The notes under the pieces are model-generated. The model searched no databases. It was not told where the DNA came from and was given only the letters and a program-made list of their open reading frames with translations. The translations under genes and the position numbers were made by a program. A stretch of DNA of 64,000 nt from Prevotella sp. (lineage in GTDB: Bacteria; Bacteroidota; Bacteroidia; Bacteroidales; Dysgonomonadaceae), in NCBI GenBank assembly GCA_031285625.1, contig JAITVV010000035.1:1-64000 (forward strand), read 5' to 3'. Positions 38,591 through 48,071 of the stretch are shown here, piece after piece. The first letter of the stretch is position 1. Each line of letters begins with the position of its first letter.

Positions 38591-39343
38591 ATGCTAGCAA
38601 AAAGAATAATACCTTGCCTTGATGTGAAAGACGGCATGACCGTAAAAGGAACCAACTTTGTGAATCTTCGCGAGGCAGGGGACCCTGTTGAACTCGGGGT
38701 GCGTTACAGTGAGCAAGGTGCCGATGAACTTGTATTTCTGGATATAACGGCATCGCATGAAGAACGTAAAACATTCACAGAGCTTGTTAAGCGTATTGCA
38801 GCAAATATTAATATTCCATTTACTATTGGCGGTGGCATTAATGAACTATCTGATGTAGACAGACTATTGAATGCCGGAGCTGATAAGGTTTCTGTAAATT
38901 CTACTGCTATAAGAAACCCTCAGATAATAGAGGATATAGCCAAAAACTTTGGCTCACAGGTTTGTGTTTGTGCTATCGATGCAAGCTTTGAAGATGGGGT
39001 TTGGTCTTGCTATACAAGTGGAGGCCGTAACAAAACCGATAAGGAACTTTTCTCGTGGGCAAAAGAAGTTGAAAATCTCGGTGCAGGAGAAATTCTTTTT
39101 ACCAGCATGAATCATGATGGGGTAAAAACAGGTTATGCCAACGAAGCTTTGTGCCGATTGTCTGAAACGTTGAATATTCCTATCATAGCATCGGGAGGAG
39201 CAGGGAATATGCAGCATTTTCGCGACGTATTTGTTGATGGTAAAGCAGATGCAGCTTTGGCGGCAAGCGTTTTCCATTTCGGAGAAATAGCAATAAAAGA
39301 CTTGAAAGAATATTTGAGAAAAGAGAATATAAATGTTCGTTGA
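38591..39343 (+). CDS. hisF: Imidazole glycerol phosphate synthase cyclase subunit HisF
   Basis: [43 protein letters not shown]. Confidence 0.97.
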   Translation: MLAKRIIPCLDVKDGMTVKGTNFVNLREAGDPVELGVRYSEQGADELVFLDITASHEERKTFTELVKRIAANINIPFTIGGGINELSDVDRLLNAGADKVSVNSTAIRNPQIIEDIAKNFGSQVCVCAIDASFEDGVWSCYTSGGRNKTDKELFSWAKEVENLGAGEILFTSMNHDGVKTGYANEALCRLSETLNIPIIASGGAGNMQHFRDVFVDGKADAALAASVFHFGEIAIKDLKEYLRKENINVR

Positions 39344-39377
39344 TCATACTTTATAAGTGTTACCTTATAATTGTGAT

Positions 39378-39468
39378 TTTATCTATATAGTACAGATAAT
39401 AAGTGTATTATCAAATAAAAGGTTACGAAATAAAAGCACCTGTAAAAGTGTTACTTTTGTCACTTTTT
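39378..39468. repeat. Copy B of the degenerate interspersed element also at 20658-20745
   Basis: TTTATCTATATAGTA 39378-39392, AAAGGTTAC-N5-AAAA 39418-39435, ACTTTTGTCAC 39453-39463; a further TGTCACCTTT at 39524-39533. Confidence 0.65.
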
Positions 39469-39571
39469 TGAAAATTAGTGCTTGATTATTAATCAGATAC
39501 ATATTTTCTGATAATGGTATAGTTGTCACCTTTATTCAGAATACATAACTTATAATTCATAAAATATTAAA

Positions 39572-40168
39572 ATGACTCTCGATTTCGAAAAAACAGGTGG
39601 ACTTATCCCTGCTATTATTCAGGATAATGACACAAACAAAGTGTTGATGTTAGGCTATATGAATGAAGAAGCCCTGAATAAAACACAGGAGATTGGAAAA
39701 GTAACATTCTTTAGCCGGACTAAACAACGTTTGTGGACTAAAGGGGAGGAGAGTGGTAATTTTCTGAATGTTGTCAGTATAAAGGATGACTGTGATCATG
39801 ATACATTACTCATCAAAGTAAATCCTGTCGGGCCTGTTTGCCATACAGGAGCAGATACTTGTTTTGAGGAAGAAAACAAGGAAGATTTACTTTTCTTGAA
39901 GTATCTGCAACATTTTATTGAAAAACGTTATAAAGAAATGCCGGAAGGTTCTTATACAACATCCCTTTTCCAGTCGGGAATAAACCGCATGGCGCAGAAG
40001 GTAGGTGAAGAGGCTTTGGAATCCGTAATTGAAGCATGTAACGGAACCGATGATCGCCTGATATATGAATCGGCAGATATGCTTTATCATTTGATCGTTC
40101 TATTAACATCGAAGGGACTAAGCATTGAAGATCTGGCTCGAGAGCTTCAAAAAAGACATAAGAAATAA
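39572..40168 (+). CDS. hisIE: Bifunctional phosphoribosyl-AMP cyclohydrolase / phosphoribosyl-ATP diphosphatase
   Basis: LW.KGE.SGN, DCD.D, CHTG..CF, SYT..LF, QKVGEEA, E.AD.LYH. Confidence 0.96.
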   Translation: MTLDFEKTGGLIPAIIQDNDTNKVLMLGYMNEEALNKTQEIGKVTFFSRTKQRLWTKGEESGNFLNVVSIKDDCDHDTLLIKVNPVGPVCHTGADTCFEEENKEDLLFLKYLQHFIEKRYKEMPEGSYTTSLFQSGINRMAQKVGEEALESVIEACNGTDDRLIYESADMLYHLIVLLTSKGLSIEDLARELQKRHKK

Positions 40169-40227
40169 TATGCCAATTAGTAGATATCATTTTCAATTAT
40201 CACTTATTAATTTGTAACTAATTAGAC

Positions 40228-40947
40228 ATGAATAATGATAAAGATATAATTGTAAAGTATGAAGGTGTCGACCTGGAACGTGATGGAAATACGATTCTAA
40301 GTGATATTAATCTTACAATTAGGGAAGGCGACTTTGTTTATCTCATCGGAAAGGTTGGCTCAGGAAAGAGTACTCTGCTAAAGAGTATGTACCATGAAAT
40401 TCCCTTAGAAAAGGGACATGGGCGTATTATGGACTACGAACTGGAAAGTATTAAAAAGAAACAGATTCCTTACTTACGCCGGAAGGTCGGTATTGTTTTT
40501 CAAGACTTCCAATTATTGATAGACCGTTCTGCAGAGAAGAACCTGGAATTTGTAATGCGTGCTACCGGATGGAAGAATAAGGATCTGATAGATTTGCGTA
40601 TAAATGAAGTGCTTACGCAGGTAGGTATGCAAAATAAAGGATATAAGATGCCTCATGAAATGTCGGGAGGTGAGCAGCAGCGTATTGTTATTGCCCGTGC
40701 ATTACTCAATTCCCCGGAGATTATATTGGCCGATGAGCCGACAGGTAATCTCGACCCGGAAATGGGAAGCCAGATTGTACAATTGTTACATACTATTGCA
40801 GAGGGAGGTACGGCAGTTGTCATGTCTACACATAATTATGCTGTGGTACAGAAGTACCCCGGACGAATCGTAAAATGTGAAGACGGTTATCTGAAAGAGG
40901 TTAAAGCAAGTCAAGGACACCATAAGGAGGGAGAACATGGAAATTAG
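40228..40947 (+). CDS. ftsE: FtsE-like cell division ABC ATP-binding protein
   Basis: GKVGSGKST, IPYLRR..GIVFQDFQLL, SGGEQQR, LADEPTGNLD; no ftsX adjacent. Confidence 0.8.
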   Translation: MNNDKDIIVKYEGVDLERDGNTILSDINLTIREGDFVYLIGKVGSGKSTLLKSMYHEIPLEKGHGRIMDYELESIKKKQIPYLRRKVGIVFQDFQLLIDRSAEKNLEFVMRATGWKNKDLIDLRINEVLTQVGMQNKGYKMPHEMSGGEQQRIVIARALLNSPEIILADEPTGNLDPEMGSQIVQLLHTIAEGGTAVVMSTHNYAVVQKYPGRIVKCEDGYLKEVKASQGHHKEGEHGN

Positions 40948-41464
40948 GAACCTAAATTTATCAGATAATAAAGAGGTATCATTTGTAGAAAACTTATATA
41001 TTGAATCTTTTCCACTTAGTGAACGCCGTCCGGTGGAAACGATGTTAGAGTTATATAAAGATGACACTCCATTTGTAATATCCGTCACAATTGAAGATGA
41101 CCAGTTGGTCGGATTTCTTACATATTGGGATCTAGGTGAATTTATTTTTGCAGAACACTTTGCTATTTCGGCTGAGTTCAGGAACGGCGGGTATGGACGT
41201 AAAGTGATGGAATTATTTATGCAGGTACCCAAGCCTATTATTCTTGAAGTAGAATTGCCTACAACAATCTTATCGGAGCGACGTATCGGATTTTATCAGC
41301 GTCTGGGATTCAGGTTGTGGGATAATGTGCAATACCAGCAGCCTGCCTACTATGACCATACGAATGCTATTCCTATGAAACTGATGACATATGGTAATAT
41401 GAATGTTGAACGTGACCTGATTGATATCAGAAGCAAGATATATGGCGTTGTGTATAATTGTTAA
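40937..41464 (+). CDS. GNAT family N-acetyltransferase
   Basis: SFP..ERR, EHFAI...RNGGYG, ILEVE, RRIGFYQRLGF. Confidence 0.85.
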   Translation: MEIRNLNLSDNKEVSFVENLYIESFPLSERRPVETMLELYKDDTPFVISVTIEDDQLVGFLTYWDLGEFIFAEHFAISAEFRNGGYGRKVMELFMQVPKPIILEVELPTTILSERRIGFYQRLGFRLWDNVQYQQPAYYDHTNAIPMKLMTYGNMNVERDLIDIRSKIYGVVYNC

Positions 41465-41483
41465 GGTTTAGCCTTATAATATA

Positions 41484-41640
41484 AAAGAGGGTGTGTCAAA
41501 AGTAAAACAGCACTATCAAAGTGTTAGCCTCTTTGTCATCCTGAGTGTAACGAAGGATCTCGACTCTCCATACACGAGATGTTTCACTCCGTTCAACATG
41601 ACAAAAAGAAAGTGAAAATGACTTTTGACACACCCTCTTT
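41484..41640. mobile_element. MITE-like element with perfect 20-bp terminal inverted repeats; may act as a bidirectional terminator between convergent genes
   Basis: AAAGAGGGTGTGTCAAAAGT (41484-41503) and ACTTTTGACACACCCTCTTT (41621-41640); no ORF inside. Confidence 0.65.
41532..41605. repeat. REP-like inverted doublet of GTCAT hairpin units nested in the MITE-like element
   Basis: TTTGTCATCCTGAGTGTAACGAAGGATCTCG facing CGAGATGTTTCACTCCGTTCAACATGACAAA; same family as 15302-15384. Confidence 0.8.
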
Positions 41641-41646
41641 ATTTTT

Positions 41647-43980
41647 TTATTCAATAACTATCTCATCTACAAATACAAATGACGGGTTTCCTTTGCCCAT
41701 ATGCCAGTCCGGTATCGGATTGGTACCTTTTGCAGTGATTTTCACATAGCGTGCTTTTTCCGTTGGGAACTTAGCAACCAAATCTATAATTCTGTCGGCC
41801 GGATTACTACTATCCAAGACAGGATATTTTTCTTCGTATACCTGCTTATAGTTTTTATCGTCTGCCGATGTCTCTACTTTATATCCTGTGACTCCGAATA
41901 TCCATGATCCGGGACTGACAAATGTTCCTATGGTTACATTTGATATGTCTGTAGGTTCTTTTAGATCAACTATTGCTACAAAGTCGTTTTTATAAAATCC
42001 TAGCCAGTCTCCATTATTAAAGGATGAACCACCTTTTTTTCCATTTACCAATACAGGCGCCCCGTTATACACATAACTTTTATGAGGTTCGTTAATGAGT
42101 TTTACATCTTTAAAGGTAGCCTTATTGAAACCGAAAGACACGCTATACACTTTGCTCTTTTCCCCGTTTCTGATCGCTACAGCTTTTATGTCAGCACTGG
42201 ATTTTATCTCCAAAGGACTTTCATATTTTGTACTCTTATCTGTAGGTTCACTACCATCCAGCGTATAGTATATAGGAGCATTATCATATGTAAACAGATT
42301 TACGGTAATAATCTCTTTTGTTGCATCATCGGTTATCTTGGAAGCAATATCCGTTATGTGTGTGGCATAGTTATAACCGAGCTCCTTATACAGTTCCATC
42401 AACTTAGCCAGGCGTGGTAAGAATTTTTCATAATCTTTTTTCTCCGGCATTGTCCATTGTATTTCACTAAGTGCGCCCATACGTGGCATTATCATATATT
42501 CCACATGTTTGGAATCAGAGATGTACTCAGTCCAAAGATTAGCCTGTATACCTATTATGTGTCTGGCTTCATCGGCGTTTAGCTCCTTCGGAACAGCTTC
42601 AAAGCTATATACTTTCTCTACAGGTACATATCCACCGAATGCTAATGGCTCATCTTTAGTATCCTCAGTTTGGTAGTAGTCGAAGTAAAAATGAGATGTC
42701 GGGGCCATCACCACATCATGTTTCATCTTAGCTGCAGCAATACCACCTTCGGTTCCTCTCCATGACATAACTTTAGCGTTTGCAGCCAGTCCTCCCTCAA
42801 GGATTTCATCCCAACCGATAATTTCCCGTCCTTTACTGTTCAGGAATTTCTCCATTCGCGAAATTACATAGCTTTGCAACATGTCTTCCTTAGAATGCTT
42901 TGCATCGCCCTTTATTCCCAGTTCTTTAATTTTCGTCTGACATTTAGGACATTCTTTCCACCGTGTCTTAGGACATTCATCGCCTCCTACATGTATCAGT
43001 TTCGAAGGGAATAATTCAATAAGTTCTGCGTATACATTTTCGAGGAATGTATATGTTTCCTCATTTCCGGCACAAAGAACATCGTCGAATACACCCCATG
43101 ATTCAGCAACTTTATAAGGACCTCCCGTACACCCCAGATTTGGATAGGTTGTTAATGCTGCTAGCATATGACCGGGAAGATCTATCTCAGGAACTATAGT
43201 TATAAATCGTTTTTCTGCATAGGCTACAATGTCTTTTATTTCATCTTGTGTATAGAATCCGCCATATGGTTTTCCATCATATTTTGCAGAATTTCTTCCT
43301 ATAGTGGTTTGCGCCCGTTGCGAACCGATTTTGGTTAGTTCGGGGTATTTTTTTATTTCAATGCGCCAGCCTTGGTCATCGGTAATATGCCAGTGGAAAC
43401 GGTTCATATTGTGCAGAGCCAGTATATCGATATATTTCTTGATAAATTCTGCAGGGAACATATGACGCCCTACATCAAGCATCATTCCCCTGTATTCGAA
43501 ACGTGGATAATCCTTTATATCTACAGCCGGGAAAATTATAGTGTTTTGTGATGCATCAGCAGGAATGGCTTTCCGCAATGTTTGTATTCCATGAAATGTA
43601 CCCGCATGATCTACACCGTTAATGATAATCTGCTTATTGTTTACTGTCAAATTATAAGACTCGGGTTTGTCTCCCTGATAATCAGCTTTTAGAATAATAG
43701 AGTTATCTGAATCTTCGTCTGCCACTGTCAAAGCCATTCCTGTACTGAGCTTAAGGTATTCGGCAAGAAACTCAGCTGTTTGCTTTTGTACTTCATCCCC
43801 CTTAGGATAAGTAATCTTGGTATTACTATTCAACGTAAAACTCTCACCCTCCGCTTTTGTTATACTTTGAGGGAGAGGAACTACTTCATAGTTTGCCTCA
43901 ATAGGCGTTTTACTATCGCACCCTGTTAAGATTATTCCTGATAAAAGGAAATAACCAACTGTTTTAAGTAATTTATTCAT
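41647..43980 (-). CDS. GH20 beta-N-acetylhexosaminidase lipoprotein with C-terminal accessory domains
   Basis: Lipobox ILTGC; D.PRF.YRG.MLDVGRH, HWHITDDQGWR, PEIDLPGH, HVGGDE, ANLWTEY. Confidence 0.95.
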   Translation of the reverse strand: MNKLLKTVGYFLLSGIILTGCDSKTPIEANYEVVPLPQSITKAEGESFTLNSNTKITYPKGDEVQKQTAEFLAEYLKLSTGMALTVADEDSDNSIILKADYQGDKPESYNLTVNNKQIIINGVDHAGTFHGIQTLRKAIPADASQNTIIFPAVDIKDYPRFEYRGMMLDVGRHMFPAEFIKKYIDILALHNMNRFHWHITDDQGWRIEIKKYPELTKIGSQRAQTTIGRNSAKYDGKPYGGFYTQDEIKDIVAYAEKRFITIVPEIDLPGHMLAALTTYPNLGCTGGPYKVAESWGVFDDVLCAGNEETYTFLENVYAELIELFPSKLIHVGGDECPKTRWKECPKCQTKIKELGIKGDAKHSKEDMLQSYVISRMEKFLNSKGREIIGWDEILEGGLAANAKVMSWRGTEGGIAAAKMKHDVVMAPTSHFYFDYYQTEDTKDEPLAFGGYVPVEKVYSFEAVPKELNADEARHIIGIQANLWTEYISDSKHVEYMIMPRMGALSEIQWTMPEKKDYEKFLPRLAKLMELYKELGYNYATHITDIASKITDDATKEIITVNLFTYDNAPIYYTLDGSEPTDKSTKYESPLEIKSSADIKAVAIRNGEKSKVYSVSFGFNKATFKDVKLINEPHKSYVYNGAPVLVNGKKGGSSFNNGDWLGFYKNDFVAIVDLKEPTDISNVTIGTFVSPGSWIFGVTGYKVETSADDKNYKQVYEEKYPVLDSSNPADRIIDLVAKFPTEKARYVKITAKGTNPIPDWHMGKGNPSFVFVDEIVIE

Positions 43981-44006
43981 TGACTTAATTATTAGATTTA
44001 AGTCTG

Positions 44007-44014
44007 CAAAGATA
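44007..44014 (-). promoter_or_regulatory. -7 element (TATCTTTG) for the GH20 gene
   Basis: CAAAGATA on the + strand, 26 bp upstream of the GH20 start. Confidence 0.55.
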
Positions 44015-44052
44015 TAATAATATTCCTTAAACTACATGTTAAATCTCGGGCT

Positions 44053-44098
44053 TGTAACATATGTTACAGAGCCTAATATCCTTTTGATTATATATTTG
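44053..44098 (+). promoter_or_regulatory. Perfect 16-bp palindromic operator (TGTAACATATGTTACA) plus -7 element (TATATTTG) for the YecH-like gene
   Basis: Palindrome 44053-44068; TAnnTTTG at 44091-44098. Confidence 0.6.
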
Positions 44099-44115
44099 TA
44101 TTATTTAAAATAGAT

Positions 44116-44355
44116 ATGAATATGGAACAGTTACATGCTCACGAAGTCCTTCATATGATGGAAGGCAATAGTTATTCTGAAGATTCTTTAAAAGAAGCTA
44201 TTATCAAACGCTTTGGTGAAAAACAAACATTCTATGCTTGTTCTGCTGAAGATATGGATATCGATGAACTGATCATGTTTTTGAAAGCCAGAGGTAAATT
44301 TATGCCTGCCAATGATGGATTTACTGTTGATATAAGCAAGGTCTGCAATCACTGA
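44116..44355 (+). CDS. YecH/DUF2492 family putative metal-binding protein
   Basis: HAHEVLHMM, FG....F.ACSA..M, FL..RGKF, C-terminal C.H. Confidence 0.85.
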   Translation: MNMEQLHAHEVLHMMEGNSYSEDSLKEAIIKRFGEKQTFYACSAEDMDIDELIMFLKARGKFMPANDGFTVDISKVCNH

Positions 44356-44394
44356 TTTTTTTCATTTATAAATAGTTATTTAGTTCTTAATTTC

Positions 44395-44447
44395 CCATCT
44401 TAAATATTAATAGTCCTATTATTGATATTTGAGATGGAATAATTTTT
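44395..44447 (+). terminator. Long hairpin after the YecH-like gene
   Basis: CCATCTTAAATATTAATAG / TTATTGATATTTGAGATGG with G-U pairs, followed by AT-rich sequence. Confidence 0.45.
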
Positions 44448-44507
44448 ATATACCTATCCTTAAACTCACAAGTAAGAGTTATCTTTGTTATCCTATCTCA
44501 AAAATTT

Positions 44508-46859
44508 ATGGATAACTTACTCGATCATTTAAATAAACAGCAGCGCGAAGCTGTGGAATATAATGACGGACCTTCACTGATTATTGCAGGTGCAGGTTCG
44601 GGCAAAACGCGTGTGCTCACTTACAAGATAGCCTATCTGATGGCACAGGGATATCATCCCCAAAGTATCCTTGCATTAACATTTACCAATAAAGCAGCAC
44701 GCGAAATGAAAGAGCGTATAGCTCGGCTTATTGGTTGGCAATATGCACGTTATTTATGGATGGGTACATTTCACTCTGTATTTTCTCGGATATTACGTAC
44801 TGAGGCAGAGAAAATCGGGTTCAATTCCAATTTTACTATTTTTGATTCTGCAGATTCACGCAATCTTGTAAAAACTATTATCAAACAGTTTCAGCTTGAT
44901 GATAAAGTTTACAAACCTGCACGTGTGCAGGCTACAATCTCAAATGCCAAAAATGCGTTGATCTCTCCACAAATGTATGCTCAGAACAAGGAACTTATAG
45001 AGTATGATCAGCGCTCAAAAATGCCGGTAATAAAAGATATTTACCGAGAGTATAATAATAGACTAAAGGCTTCGAATACAATGGATTTTGATGATCTGTT
45101 GTTCTATACTAATTGTCTTTTTCGTGACCATCCTGATGTATTGGCTAACTATCAGGAACGTTTTCAGTTTATTCTAGTAGATGAGTATCAGGATACAAAT
45201 TTTGCTCAGTATCTGGTTGTAAAGCAGCTCGCAGATGCACATCATCGTGTATGTGTGGTAGGTGATGATGCGCAGAGTATTTATTCTTTTCGTGGAGCGA
45301 ATATAGATAATATCTTAAAGTTCAAAGAGGTATATCCTGAATCTAAGATCTTTAAGTTGGAGCAAAATTACCGTTCTACCCAGAATATTGTGAATGCGGC
45401 AAACAGCCTTATTAAGCAAAATAAAGATCAGATTAAGAAAACAATATATTCTGAAAACGATGAAGGAGAGCGGATAGAAGTCGTAAGCGCTTTTTCAGAT
45501 TTTGAAGAAGGAGTGATTGTATCGAACAAGATATGGGATTTGCGTCGGGATAAAAAGGCTCCATATAGTGAGTTTGTTATCCTTTACCGGACAAATGCAC
45601 AGTCGCGTATTTTTGAGGAAGCCCTGCGTAAAAAGAATATTCCATACAGAATATATGGAGGACTATCTTTCTATCAGCGTAAAGAGATAAAAGATGTAAT
45701 TGCATACTTCCGTATGGTCGTAAATCCATATGATGAAGAAGCATTTCGTCGCATTATCAATTTTCCTGCAAGAGGAATAGGCAATACAACTTTAAATAAG
45801 ATTGCTGATGCTGCCCGGACTTATAATGTAAGTATGTGGGAGATTATTGGTCAGTCGTTAGATTATAATCTGAATGTAAATGCAGGTACAGCTAAAAAAC
45901 TGAGGGAATTCCGGGAGTTAATAGAAGGATTTATCTCTGAGCTTTACGAATATTCTGCATATATACTGGCTACACGGATTGTAAAACAAAGTGGTATAGC
46001 TACAGAAGCATATCAGGACCAGACTCCTGAGGGTATGAGTCGTCAGGAAAATTTACAAGAGCTACTAGGTGGTATCCATGAATTTTGCGAAAGTCGCCAG
46101 GAAGAAGGATTGGGGGGGATCGGGCTTATGGACTTCTTATCGGAAGTGTCTCTTTTAAGCGATCAGGATACAGATAAGGAAGCTGATCAGGAGAAAGTTA
46201 CCATGATGACCATTCATGCTGCTAAAGGGTTGGAATTTAATAATGTATTTGTTGTAGGTTTAGAGGAAGACCTCTTTCCTTCTGCTATGGCAAAAGAAGA
46301 ATTCAGAGGCTTGGAAGAGGAGCGGCGCCTGTTTTATGTGGCAATAACCCGGGCAAAGGAGTTTTGTATGATAACCTATGCAAAAAGCCGATTCCGTAAC
46401 GGACAGATCAATGCATGCAATCCAAGCCGTTTCTTGAGAGATATCGATACTGAGTTCCTGAATGTAAACGCAGGTGTTTTAGGTATGGGAAGTTTTGGCG
46501 TTTTGAATCGTCCGGGGACATATACTACAGATTTATATAACTATACATCTTCTAATCCGCGTACATCTTACTCTGATCGCCCGGTCCAGAGACAGCCGGT
46601 TTCGCGGCCGGAACCACGAAGAGATAGCCCATCCCCTTCTAAGTTTGTAAATGCAAAAACAGCTATTCCTAGATCTTCAGCAGGAAGTAATGCTGGCGAA
46701 GTCCAGGTGGGAGCGATTATTAAGCATGAACGTTTTGGTATTGGAAGGGTTACTGCAGTAACCGGAGATCCCGATAGCAGGAAAGCAACAGTTGAGTTTG
46801 AGAACTCAGGTGTGAAACAATTATTGTTGAAATTCGCCCGATTCGAGATTGTAGAATAA
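44508..46859 (+). CDS. pcrA: UvrD/PcrA family ATP-dependent DNA helicase
   Basis: AGAGSGKTRVL, TFTNKAA, VDEYQDTN, GDDAQSIYSFRG, QNYRST, HAAKGLEF, EERRLFYVAITRA, C-terminal Tudor-like H.RFG.G; TATCTTTG -7 box at 44480-44487. Confidence 0.93.
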   Translation: MDNLLDHLNKQQREAVEYNDGPSLIIAGAGSGKTRVLTYKIAYLMAQGYHPQSILALTFTNKAAREMKERIARLIGWQYARYLWMGTFHSVFSRILRTEAEKIGFNSNFTIFDSADSRNLVKTIIKQFQLDDKVYKPARVQATISNAKNALISPQMYAQNKELIEYDQRSKMPVIKDIYREYNNRLKASNTMDFDDLLFYTNCLFRDHPDVLANYQERFQFILVDEYQDTNFAQYLVVKQLADAHHRVCVVGDDAQSIYSFRGANIDNILKFKEVYPESKIFKLEQNYRSTQNIVNAANSLIKQNKDQIKKTIYSENDEGERIEVVSAFSDFEEGVIVSNKIWDLRRDKKAPYSEFVILYRTNAQSRIFEEALRKKNIPYRIYGGLSFYQRKEIKDVIAYFRMVVNPYDEEAFRRIINFPARGIGNTTLNKIADAARTYNVSMWEIIGQSLDYNLNVNAGTAKKLREFRELIEGFISELYEYSAYILATRIVKQSGIATEAYQDQTPEGMSRQENLQELLGGIHEFCESRQEEGLGGIGLMDFLSEVSLLSDQDTDKEADQEKVTMMTIHAAKGLEFNNVFVVGLEEDLFPSAMAKEEFRGLEEERRLFYVAITRAKEFCMITYAKSRFRNGQINACNPSRFLRDIDTEFLNVNAGVLGMGSFGVLNRPGTYTTDLYNYTSSNPRTSYSDRPVQRQPVSRPEPRRDSPSPSKFVNAKTAIPRSSAGSNAGEVQVGAIIKHERFGIGRVTAVTGDPDSRKATVEFENSGVKQLLLKFARFEIVE

Positions 46860-46906
46860 CTATTTGTGACACGTATGCCGTGTTCTTGTTTATGAGTACG
46901 CACAAA

Positions 46907-46965
46907 TGCCGTAAGAATGTCATAGCCTTGTCGTATAATGTATTTTTGATGAATGCTACTTTTGT
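46907..46965 (+). promoter_or_regulatory. Three 11-bp-period heptamers plus -7 element (TACTTTTG) upstream of the XRE-DUF4870 gene
   Basis: TGCCGTA 46907, TGTCATA 46918, TGTCGTA 46929; TACTTTTG about 46957-46964. Confidence 0.45.
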
Positions 46966-46988
46966 TGTGAACCAAAACCAAAACTAAG

Positions 46989-47573
46989 ATGAAAACTAAT
47001 GTTGGAGAAAAAATCGCAGAGATCAGAAAAAGAAAAGGTCTGACACAAGATGAAGTAGCAGAGCGTGCTAATGTGAACTTACGTACGGTACAACGTATAG
47101 AAAGTGGTGAAACCGACCCGCGGGGATATACACTTTCCTCTATCTGTAAAGTCCTGGAGGTAAATATTGAGGACATCTTGGATTATGGTAAAACAGAAGA
47201 TAAATCCTTTTTCGTTTACCTGCATCTGTCTGTCCTTGCCGGGTGTATAATTCCTTTAGGAGACATTATTATTCCACTGATATTGTGGCTTACAAAGAGA
47301 GATAAGATTGTTGATTTAAACTTTCAGGCTAAAAATCTTCTTCTTTTCAGAGCATGTTTTGATTTTGTTATGTTCCTATTCATGGTGGGGTCTATGATAT
47401 ATGTCTTCCATTCAGGAGGACCAGAAGAAGTCGGATTCAGAATGATCATTATATACTCAGTCTTTATAGGGATTAATTTTCTGGTAAGTCTATCTTATCC
47501 TGTATATGTGGCCATATCCATAAATAAGAGTGACAGGTTAAAATCGTATTACCCACGTTTTATAAAAGGATAG
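46989..47573 (+). CDS. XRE-family HTH fused to DUF4870 membrane domain
   Basis: RKRKGLTQDEVAE.A.V.LRTVQRIESGE..PRG.TL; LHLS...IIPLILW and TM helices ending YYP. Confidence 0.85.
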   Translation: MKTNVGEKIAEIRKRKGLTQDEVAERANVNLRTVQRIESGETDPRGYTLSSICKVLEVNIEDILDYGKTEDKSFFVYLHLSVLAGCIIPLGDIIIPLILWLTKRDKIVDLNFQAKNLLLFRACFDFVMFLFMVGSMIYVFHSGGPEEVGFRMIIIYSVFIGINFLVSLSYPVYVAISINKSDRLKSYYPRFIKG

Positions 47574-47580
47574 AATGGTA

Positions 47581-48009
47581 CTATTGTTTGTTCTTAAGAT
47601 ACATATAATTTCTATGATATTTTTTCAGGCGTTCTATGTCTTTGTCTGTTATAATATTTAATCGGGTAATGTCCATATTGTCTTTCAAGTCTGCCATTTT
47701 TACTTTACGGGCAATCTTGTGTTGAGCTATCTTCTGTACATAGGAGTCGTATTCTACAGCAGGATCATGAGTTAAGGTCTGAATTTCAGTTACCAATGCC
47801 TCAGGGATCCCTGCTTCTTTTAAGTTATCAGCAGTTATATCAGTGTCTTCTATCACATCATGTAGTATGGCTACAATTTTTTCCTCAGTAGTATGGACGT
47901 TGTTCATTAATCTAAGAGGATGTTGAATGTATGGTTTTCCGGCTCTGTCCATTTGCCCTTTATGAGCATTAACTGGTATCTGTATTGCTTTTGCTAATAT
48001 TTCTTCCAT
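47581..48009 (-). CDS. Stand-alone HD-domain protein, small alarmone hydrolase (Mesh1/SpoT-HD)-like
   Basis: AH.GQ.DR.GKPYI.HP, AILHDVIEDT, VK.ADL.DN; start placed at MEEILAK (48009), 48066 also possible. Confidence 0.8.
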   Translation of the reverse strand: MEEILAKAIQIPVNAHKGQMDRAGKPYIQHPLRLMNNVHTTEEKIVAILHDVIEDTDITADNLKEAGIPEALVTEIQTLTHDPAVEYDSYVQKIAQHKIARKVKMADLKDNMDITRLNIITDKDIERLKKYHRNYMYLKNKQ

Positions 48010-48071
48010 TTTGTAGTATTGATTTACGTACGGATTATCTGATAAATCTGGCGGCTTGACGGACATAAGTA

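Noticed and set aside
39344-39571. His attenuator or leader peptide before hisIE
   Set aside because: No His-codon run or terminator/antiterminator pair; better explained by the repeat shared with 20658-20745.
41484-41640. Invertible promoter (phase-variation switch)
   Set aside because: Lies between two convergent 3' ends, has no TAnnTTTG box inside and no recombinase nearby.
46568-47176. 202-aa minus-strand ORF
   Set aside because: Overlaps both pcrA and the XRE gene in antisense; no domain signature.
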